Positions 56,810-64,000 of a DNA stretch of 64,000 bases are shown piece by piece. Position numbers and translations under genes: made by a program. Every line of letters starts with the position of its first letter. Position 1 is the first letter of the stretch. The notes beneath the pieces were generated by a model. That model saw only the letters and a list, made by a program, of their open reading frames with translations, did no database searches and was not told where the DNA came from. Source of the DNA: a virus; the IMG/VR virus record IMGVR_UViG_3300024262_000017, positions 32,001 to 96,000 of that record; one strand, 5' to 3'.

Positions 56810-58597
56810 CTACGAGATTTCAGGGCCAAAAATCATGTTGTTTCCAAATAATCTGAACTCTTCGTAACCTGACCCCCAACGAGCTTTCACAGTATCTTCA
56901 GTAGCCATGCCGAACGGGTAGCCGGATTCATAGGGTATCCACCAAGCCATGTGAAACGTTCCTTTGACAGATAGCACAATCCCAAGCGCTTCTTGAACTT
57001 CTTGATTCGTTAATGACCACAGACCCAGAGTCGGTCGGTCATTCACGTAACCATAAAAAGCGCTATCATTGCCTCCAGAAGCATAAATTCCATCTGGGCC
57101 TATTTCACCAGCACAAAGACCCCTACCACGCGAAGCCAAGTTAACTGGGTCCGGCGTTGTTGGATCCCCACTAACGTGGACAGAGCGGCTCGTTTGACGA
57201 TGAGTCGCATGCGCACTAATTGCATCTTTCTTCATCCAGAAATAAACAGGAAGCCAGCAGTCGGTTGTTGCAAGGTTAGTGACGTAATGAATACTCTGGT
57301 AACCGGAAGCAAGACTTGCTGCTGGCCGTGGATCTTCACCGATTACTGCCCCCGCTGAATACGTGTATTGTAAATTAGCACTCAGCATCAGCGTACCCGC
57401 GTCCCCCGTCCCAGGTGTAATGCTCTGTACCACAAATTCTTCAGAGGGTATTTCTTCGATATCTAGGTCATCTTCTCCTGCCGCGCTGCGGTCCTGATTT
57501 GTTGCCCAGTCTGCGTAGTTCTGCGAAAGAATCCTGAACTTTTCGGACTCAGTAAAGAGGTGCCTGTTTGCAACCATGATAGTATTTGTTCCTGCTGTTG
57601 TAGTTCCCACGGATATCGTTGTATCCCGCGAAGCAAAGGGGATGAGATTTCCCGTGTACATAACGTACATTGTGCCCCCGACTTTCGTAATGACCCAGAA
57701 CGCATCTTTGGACCCGTAAAACCAGCAGGGGGTGTCAGTTCCTGCGTTTTCTACGTTCACGCGCGGAGTAAGGTAAGACGTTGTCCCTTCTCCAATACGC
57801 CGACTCATGGTAGGCAAAAATCCCATTGAGACAACGTCTACGTTGGCAACACCTGGTGTAGTCAAAAATGGTGCGTAGGTAAAATCTCCTCCAGCTGAAA
57901 CATAGTCTAGTATGGGGCGCATCTTTCCAGCATGAGGACCGTCCACAACCCTGAGCATCCCGTGCCAGTTGAACTGGTCAGTGCGGTACCCAGACAACCC
58001 AGGAACGTTGGTAACGCTATCTGTTCCGAGTGTGCCTGTACCACTGCTTGCAACAACAGCGTTTGACAAATCTTGGAATGCACATACGTCGATAACAGGT
58101 TTACCCTGCTTCAAACACAAAACTGGTGCCCCCTGTGTGTGCGTCGCAGGGGTAGTACCATACTTACCACGCGCGATAGTCAGAACGTTTCCTGCGACAA
58201 CAGAGACATCCACGAGTTCATCGTCAATGCGCGCAACAAAGGCTGTCGGCACGCCAGAGTACTCCGTTCCGTCGTCTACCGTGGCAGACACGTCTCCAGT
58301 CCCAATACCACTCGAAAGGTACGAAACCGGGGGTAATACCCAATCCCGGTAATAGTCATAACTGTAGTCGCTAGGTTGCATAGCGCCTAAGTGAACACAG
58401 ACATCTTGGTTTCCGTCTTCCCCGTCAGAGCGTAAAAAATGCCCAATGATACTGTGGAAATCACCAGCACCCATCTCGTCATCTTGGCCGGCAGGGGTCT
58501 CGTCCGTCCACCCCACGTCTGTCACAAGGAAGTCGCGCAGTGCTTCATTGAGTGCAGACCAGTTGTTCACGGTTACTGCTTTGAATTTGTAAGCCAT
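56810..58597 (-). CDS. Tail-associated structural protein
   Basis: Beta-rich, LTIARG.YGT.PATH motif; AGGAG RBS. Confidence 0.65.
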   Translation of the reverse strand: MAYKFKAVTVNNWSALNEALRDFLVTDVGWTDETPAGQDDEMGAGDFHSIIGHFLRSDGEDGNQDVCVHLGAMQPSDYSYDYYRDWVLPPVSYLSSGIGTGDVSATVDDGTEYSGVPTAFVARIDDELVDVSVVAGNVLTIARGKYGTTPATHTQGAPVLCLKQGKPVIDVCAFQDLSNAVVASSGTGTLGTDSVTNVPGLSGYRTDQFNWHGMLRVVDGPHAGKMRPILDYVSAGGDFTYAPFLTTPGVANVDVVSMGFLPTMSRRIGEGTTSYLTPRVNVENAGTDTPCWFYGSKDAFWVITKVGGTMYVMYTGNLIPFASRDTTISVGTTTAGTNTIMVANRHLFTESEKFRILSQNYADWATNQDRSAAGEDDLDIEEIPSEEFVVQSITPGTGDAGTLMLSANLQYTYSAGAVIGEDPRPAASLASGYQSIHYVTNLATTDCWLPVYFWMKKDAISAHATHRQTSRSVHVSGDPTTPDPVNLASRGRGLCAGEIGPDGIYASGGNDSAFYGYVNDRPTLGLWSLTNQEVQEALGIVLSVKGTFHMAWWIPYESGYPFGMATEDTVKARWGSGYEEFRLFGNNMIFGPEIS

Positions 58598-58606
58598 GTC
58601 TTTCTC

Positions 58607-59590
58607 CTAGTAGTCCTGGTCTTGAATGCTTTGTTGGCCACCCAAGTCAGCATCAATTTTGTCTAATTCATCATCGGCAGATGTCCTGCCTGCTCCGTGT
58701 ACGTCGCTTGAGTCACTCATATCTACTATGTTATAAACTTCTGTGGTTTTGTCTTTTTTTCGCTCAACGGTCTGAGTTGAAGGCATCCCTGTAGTACGGA
58801 TGGTCTTTGGTGGTACTTCAAATTGACGCGTGGCAAACTCTCCTGGTTTTATGTATGAAGGAAAGTCTTTAAGCTGTGTTGACTTGCTATCTAATATCCG
58901 TTCTATGTCAATCCGTTGCACCAACAAAGAAAAATTGAAAGAAGCAGCCATCTGATAAAATGGCCCATCAGCTGAAAAATTTTGGGACATATTCATGATA
59001 GTCCCCGTGACTGCCATATTATCGTACGCCAGAGTTACAACGGCACGACGTCGAGCCAATTCTGTTCCTCGGATAATGTCGTTGTAAATAACAGTAAACG
59101 CTGAACGCCAATCATCCTGTTTGGAATTTAGCAACACCCCTGAATATTGAAAAACCGATGGCGCCGCACCAAAGTAGTAGGACACATAGTTGTCACTAAG
59201 CACATCAACGATTTGAACCTTTTCCTGATATGACTCAACTGCTGAGGTCAACAAGAAATCAATGTACCCAAGACCGTAACGTTTATGCTCTGTAACAGCC
59301 TCTCCCCCTACTGTTGCCAGCACGTTGGCCAGCTTCTGTGCTTCCGAGGCGCCAGGCTTTCCAAATGAAGCGATGAATGCGTTGCGAGCTGCAACCCCAG
59401 ACATGGGGACGAGAAGCCGTGCCATTGTTTCTAGGCTACGGTCATCATTGGTGGGCGTGTATTTAGGTGTCATTGCAGGGTAGTCTGCAAAGACACCCTT
59501 TCTATACTCACCAGCCATGGGAGCTACAGAAAAATCGCCTCCGATGAGATTGTCAAAATCATTTCCATCACCATCAGATCCGTAGGCCAT
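58607..59590 (-). CDS. Tail tube/baseplate initiator-like protein
   Basis: DFLL...ESYQEK.Q......YFG..P..F.YSG.LLN; downstream of the tape measure gene. Confidence 0.55.
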   Translation of the reverse strand: MAYGSDGDGNDFDNLIGGDFSVAPMAGEYRKGVFADYPAMTPKYTPTNDDRSLETMARLLVPMSGVAARNAFIASFGKPGASEAQKLANVLATVGGEAVTEHKRYGLGYIDFLLTSAVESYQEKVQIVDVLSDNYVSYYFGAAPSVFQYSGVLLNSKQDDWRSAFTVIYNDIIRGTELARRRAVVTLAYDNMAVTGTIMNMSQNFSADGPFYQMAASFNFSLLVQRIDIERILDSKSTQLKDFPSYIKPGEFATRQFEVPPKTIRTTGMPSTQTVERKKDKTTEVYNIVDMSDSSDVHGAGRTSADDELDKIDADLGGQQSIQDQDY

Positions 59591-59803
59591 CTACTCCTCC
59601 GACAGCGTATCATAGACAGGCAACACGCCTGCTTCATGATGAATGAGGAAAGCACGGTCAAATATACCTGGCATTCCAATTTCTGCAATCTTACCCTTGC
59701 GAGCATTGTCTACAATGGTGGCGTTCACCTGCACAACTACATTGATAGCATTCGCTAATACCAATCTACGTTTGTACGGGAATGTACCGTCAGCGTCAGC
59801 CAT
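59591..59803 (-). CDS. Small hypothetical tail protein
   Basis: Coupled ORF with GGAAGG RBS. Confidence 0.6.
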   Translation of the reverse strand: MADADGTFPYKRRLVLANAINVVVQVNATIVDNARKGKIAEIGMPGIFDRAFLIHHEAGVLPVYDTLSEE

Positions 59804-59816
59804 GAACTACCCTTCC

Positions 59817-62800
59817 TTAATTCGATTTGTTCTCTTTATTAAATTCCGCTACAACCTCTGCTACTTTTCTACCAGTCATCATAGCTGCAGCTTTGAGTTG
59901 AGCATCAGCAGCAATCTGTAAAGTCTTGGCTGATTTTCCAAAACCGGCGAACTGTTTTTTCATCTCTGATAGGTTGGCGATTTGACCTTCAATGACTTTC
60001 ATCTCTCCAGCTTTTGAAGTACCAACGCCAGACTCAGTTGGCAGCTCTATTTTCCCATCTTTTATTGTCCCTCCTAAAGCCTCTACTTCACTTGCTGCCA
60101 TGCTTGCCTTGCCTGGCAACGCATAACGACCTTTTCCGGTTGTATACCCCTTCTCCAACTCTTGCTGTAAATTAGCCAAGCCCCCTGTATACTTTTGTTC
60201 AATCTTGGCAAGCTTACCTACGGTCTTAACTGCAATATCGCCACCCTTTTCTTGTAAAGCTTCCATCTTCTTTTTTGCTTTCTCATAAGTTTTGTCATCA
60301 CTAAGAGAAAGCTTGTCTAATTTTTCTGAGGCTTCCTTTTTCATAGCATCAGTAATGCCATCATCTTTTCCACCAGCCAGAACACCCATCAACACCATTG
60401 CTTCTCGCTCAACAGCATTTTCAGCACCTTGTACTGCTTCCAAGCCCGTTTGCTCTTCTGTACCTATGGCATCAGTCCAAAATTTATCTGTTGTAACCCC
60501 CGCTTTTTCTAACTCGTCTTCATACTCAGTTTGGAATGTATCAAAACGTTCTTGCATATCCTTTGTAGCGCCATCAAAAAACTTATCAGCCACTGCAGTG
60601 GTTTCACTAATTGCAGCTTTTGCTTCTTTGGTACCAAATTCTTTTGCCATTCCAATCGTCATTTTTTTCCAATGATCCATGTTCTTATCAGCTAGAATTT
60701 TATTAATTTCCTTTTCTGGAAGTCCTTGTGCTTTCAAAGTAGCGCGTAGATGTTTTCGAATTGCTTCTGACTTTAGTACTTTTCCTTCCTGTCCAGTTCC
60801 AACACGCTCAGCATAGGCCAGCATAGTTTTCTTCATTGCGAATATTGCACCAGATTTTGCACCTGCTTCAGTCAAAAGTTTTTCGTCTCGTCGCATGGCC
60901 TTTGTTAAGTCTGTAAACCCTGCATTTTGAGTTTCTTCTATGGCCTGGGCCATTTCCAAAGTTTCGTCTATCGTCCGACGAGTTCCTCCAGTTGGTCCGA
61001 CAGTGCGTTCATTGATAGGGTTGTCTGTAAGATACGACATTGCTGACGCCCCAGCACGGGCTACGCTAAATGCTGTACTCTGAGCAAACCTTGTAATGTT
61101 CGTTCCTTTACCTTCAGCATCTAAAGCCTGCTCAATCTGCTCTATCGATGCTCCCGCTGTAATACCTTTTAGAATGTCGCTCTTATACCCACGCTCTTGC
61201 ATGCGGCGTAAGCGTTCAAACTTACCTACACCCGACCCCACGCTAAGATCCAACCCTTCTTCTTTCTTTAATCGAGCCGTCCCTTCTTCTATAATGCTAG
61301 TGTTCCCTTGAAGTGCACGCCCCAAGTGAACACGACTGATACCACGTGCAGCATCTTCTTGTTCAGCCATAGATCGAGCAGTCTCTTCTGCTTCTTTAGC
61401 ATTTGCAGCTGCTCGTGAATCTCCAGCTGAAATAAAATGACCAAAGGTGCTTAAACCTTCTCCGATACTACGAACACCACGTCTAACAGCAGCGTCTTTA
61501 CCCATCCCAAAAAAACCACGCATTTTTTCACGTTCTGCACTCTCACTAAGACGTTCCTGTTTGGCTTCTACTCGCATATCAGCAAGACGTTGTCCAAGCC
61601 GGTCACGTTCACGTTCGTAGAACTCAGGGCTCGTCATCATTCCTGTAAGCAACTTGGCTTGCTGAGGATCTTTGTTTGCAACGAGCTGAGCTGCAGTGTG
61701 CAGACCCATGCCCATGCCACCTTCGGAACTTGGTCGAGACAAGGCCGAAATGGTTTGCATCTGCAACATGCGCATACCCTCAGGCCCTAATCTCTGAGCC
61801 ATCTCAGACTGGAGCTCTGGTTGCATTGCCTGCAATTCACCCATCACGTCCTGCACTGACCGACCTTGTTGCTGTGCCATCTGGCGTGCGACCTTCATCA
61901 GGTTCCCCTGAGACTGGCCTATCATTCCAGGTAGTGACATGCCTCCTTTGAACATTTGAGACATCTTGCCGGCGTCCAAACCAATCCCACCTTCGCCTGC
62001 CGACATCGCAGCGCCCATCATCAAATTCATTGGGCCAGCAGCAAAGTTCGCCTGTTGCATGGCCCATCGCTGGGAAATGCCTTCTCGACCACCAAGCAGC
62101 GATTCTTGTATGGGTGAAAATGCACCACTCAGCTGACGAGCCTGCATTTGCGCCTGGGCACCATAGACCATGCCTACCCCGCCTGCCATGCCTGCTTGGC
62201 TAAACGCTTGCTGGCCCATTACTCCACCAGTAGCCATCATTTCTTCGCGTGTGACTCCAGCACCGCGGGCATATCGCTGCATGTCCCGGGTAGCATTGAC
62301 AGCCTGGTCCATGGTGAGGCCCATCTGCTTCATGTTGGCAATTTCACGCAAATTATTTTTGAAATCGGGGTCCCCTGTAATTTTGCCCATGGTGCCCAGC
62401 ACCTTGAACAACTTCGATACCGTACTCCCAATCTGGTCAATATTCGTAGCTGCATCCAGCAAACCACTTTCCCCTGCCATCTGGGTCAGCTTGGTCAAGT
62501 CCTGGGTGTAACGCTGCATACCTGCATCAGTATCACCCCCACCAACCTGCTTGGCTAAGGTGGGGTTCTGCTGCGCCCACGATGTTGCTTGGCGCCGATA
62601 CTGCTGACCGAGTTGAAGCGCACCTGAAGCGCTCATACCCGTTCCACCCAATCCAGACGAAGACCCTGTAAGGTTCATCATGCCCGCAGTTCCATGCTGC
62701 AACTGTGCCATGGTCGAAACGTCTTGTGCCGCTGAACCGTACAACTGTCGATTAAATGCTTCTACACCAGGAATCTTAGCTACTTGCTGACCCAGCCAGT

Positions 62801-63314
62801 CCCCACCCAGTGACAAACCAAGCCCTGCAGCCTGCATCCCAGGAACAAACCCCATGATATTCCCAGCAGTCTCAAAGGCTGACCCAACACCCTGACCAAA
62901 TTGCTGAGCTTTTCTTTGCCCCATAGCTTGCAGAGCATTACGTGGGTCAAGGTAAGCCTGAGACGCTCCCAAGCCGGCACCCATCGAGACTGCCGCTGGG
63001 TTGGAATACTGAGCTGCATGAGCAGCCATGATTTGAGTCATAGGAGACGGAGGAGGTGGTGGCGGTGCTACCGAGTATCCCTGTGGTGTTGATCCCATGG
63101 CTAGTGCCATGTTGTGAGCATTCATCTGAGAAAGAGACATCATTGGGGGAGCGAGTGTTGGTGTCGCTTGGCGAATAAGTTCAGCTTGCGAAGGTGTTTG
63201 CAATGACCCCATCGTCGGCCCCCACCCAGGAGTTGAGTAGGTAGCTACCGGAGGTATAGGTGTTTGTGCGTAAGCACCTTGAGCTTCAATTATCTCGTCA
63301 AGCGTTCTTGGCAT
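59817..63314 (-). CDS. Tape measure-like protein
   Basis: 1165 aa, Ala/Gly/Gln/Met-rich and helical; directly downstream of the frameshifted chaperone. Confidence 0.7.
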   Translation of the reverse strand: MPRTLDEIIEAQGAYAQTPIPPVATYSTPGWGPTMGSLQTPSQAELIRQATPTLAPPMMSLSQMNAHNMALAMGSTPQGYSVAPPPPPPSPMTQIMAAHAAQYSNPAAVSMGAGLGASQAYLDPRNALQAMGQRKAQQFGQGVGSAFETAGNIMGFVPGMQAAGLGLSLGGDWLGQQVAKIPGVEAFNRQLYGSAAQDVSTMAQLQHGTAGMMNLTGSSSGLGGTGMSASGALQLGQQYRRQATSWAQQNPTLAKQVGGGDTDAGMQRYTQDLTKLTQMAGESGLLDAATNIDQIGSTVSKLFKVLGTMGKITGDPDFKNNLREIANMKQMGLTMDQAVNATRDMQRYARGAGVTREEMMATGGVMGQQAFSQAGMAGGVGMVYGAQAQMQARQLSGAFSPIQESLLGGREGISQRWAMQQANFAAGPMNLMMGAAMSAGEGGIGLDAGKMSQMFKGGMSLPGMIGQSQGNLMKVARQMAQQQGRSVQDVMGELQAMQPELQSEMAQRLGPEGMRMLQMQTISALSRPSSEGGMGMGLHTAAQLVANKDPQQAKLLTGMMTSPEFYERERDRLGQRLADMRVEAKQERLSESAEREKMRGFFGMGKDAAVRRGVRSIGEGLSTFGHFISAGDSRAAANAKEAEETARSMAEQEDAARGISRVHLGRALQGNTSIIEEGTARLKKEEGLDLSVGSGVGKFERLRRMQERGYKSDILKGITAGASIEQIEQALDAEGKGTNITRFAQSTAFSVARAGASAMSYLTDNPINERTVGPTGGTRRTIDETLEMAQAIEETQNAGFTDLTKAMRRDEKLLTEAGAKSGAIFAMKKTMLAYAERVGTGQEGKVLKSEAIRKHLRATLKAQGLPEKEINKILADKNMDHWKKMTIGMAKEFGTKEAKAAISETTAVADKFFDGATKDMQERFDTFQTEYEDELEKAGVTTDKFWTDAIGTEEQTGLEAVQGAENAVEREAMVLMGVLAGGKDDGITDAMKKEASEKLDKLSLSDDKTYEKAKKKMEALQEKGGDIAVKTVGKLAKIEQKYTGGLANLQQELEKGYTTGKGRYALPGKASMAASEVEALGGTIKDGKIELPTESGVGTSKAGEMKVIEGQIANLSEMKKQFAGFGKSAKTLQIAADAQLKAAAMMTGRKVAEVVAEFNKENKSN

Positions 63315-63315
63315 T

Positions 63316-63660
63316 TCACACCGTCATGGCATCAAGCTTCTTGAGCCGACTTTGGTTGGCACGTAATTCTCGCAATTCCTGAGTCAATCTATCTGCCAAC
63401 TTTCTAACACTGAATCCTTGGTGGAACAGTCTACCACGGAACTCCTTAGTAAGCTCACCCACAGCTTTGTGTACCTCTTCTATCTTTGCACCTGAGAACA
63501 ATCCCTGGGCCATCAACATGGTTTCCAGCTCAGATATTTTGGTCCATCTTTCTCGTTGCACCATCTCCACCAATACTCGGTCTGTGAATGAACCCCGCTG
63601 AGGCAGCTCGATTCCCCGAAGACGCAGGGTCGCCCGAGCATTTCCCCACGGGGAAATTAA
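63316..63660 (-). CDS. Tail assembly chaperone -1 frame extension (gpT-like)
   Basis: The -1 frame is open from the slippery site (LISPWGNARATLRLRG...) into the 85-aa ORF. Confidence 0.7.
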   Translation of the reverse strand, partial: LISPWGNARATLRLRGIELPQRGSFTDRVLVEMVQRERWTKISELETMLMAQGLFSGAKIEEVHKAVGELTKEFRGRLFHQGFSVRKLADRLTQELRELRANQSRLKKLDAMTV

Positions 63661-64000
63661 AAATTTTCGATGGCACCCTCATCCATCACATCCAACATCA
63701 TTTGATCAAAGCGAGACAGCTTCACACAGAGAAGACGAAAAACAATGTCAGGCAAAAGGCAGACATAGTCGTAACGTTCTTTGAAAGTGTCCTTTGCGAA
63801 ATCCCTTTCTTTGAATACTCGCAGTGAAGCAGCCAGGTTATACTTGGAAACCAGGTTGCTAACGAAGGCAGGAAATTGAGGACTCTCAGCTTCAATCCTG
63901 ACGAGCAGTCGGTCTTGGTCTTCAGCTATCCGAGTCCGAAGTGTCACGTTGATGTTCCCAGAAATCTTATACTCTTTTTCATAGAACCCCTTGGTGAATA
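63657..64000 (-). CDS. Tail assembly chaperone (gpG-like), 5' end outside the window
   Basis: Ends ...GAIENF-stop on A AAT TTT TAA. Confidence 0.7.
   Translation of the reverse strand, partial: FTKGFYEKEYKISGNINVTLRTRIAEDQDRLLVRIEAESPQFPAFVSNLVSKYNLAASLRVFKERDFAKDTFKERYDYVCLLPDIVFRLLCVKLSRFDQMMLDVMDEGAIENF

Noticed and set aside
1-64000. Bacterial chromosome origin or stop-codon recoding
   Set aside because: RNAP is highly divergent and surrounded by portal, terminase and baseplate genes; genes tile densely in the standard code.

Overview
64 kb of a large tailed-phage (Caudoviricetes, myovirus-like) genome in the standard genetic code, with no CRISPR array or tRNA seen. Minus-strand blocks carry morphogenesis genes: portal, terminase, baseplate, tail fibre, tape measure and a frameshifted tail chaperone. 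They also carry a two-subunit multisubunit-type RNA polymerase (beta fused to the N-half of beta', with a separate beta' C-half) and a sigma factor. Interleaved plus-strand blocks carry replication and accessory genes: SNF2 helicase, RNase H, two Cas4/AddB-like nucleases, ParB, primase-helicase, UDG-PolA, RuvC, MoxR ATPase, peptidase-vWA and a retron-type reverse transcriptase. The best candidate for a new system is that RT. It has no room for an adjacent msr-msd, but a 400-bp intergenic region 7.5 kb upstream (26.7-27.1 kb) folds into two tandem retron-ncRNA-like units, and a weaker third unit lies at 9.6 kb. This suggests a phage retron with detached or multiple ncRNAs linked to a MoxR/vWA/Cys-rich operon. 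Also found: eight copies of a shared promoter (CTTG..N17..TAYYAT) before structural genes, and a family of small proteins with an N-terminal AYxLG motif plus K-x-A sites. All calls come from reading motifs by eye; no database search or folding program was run.
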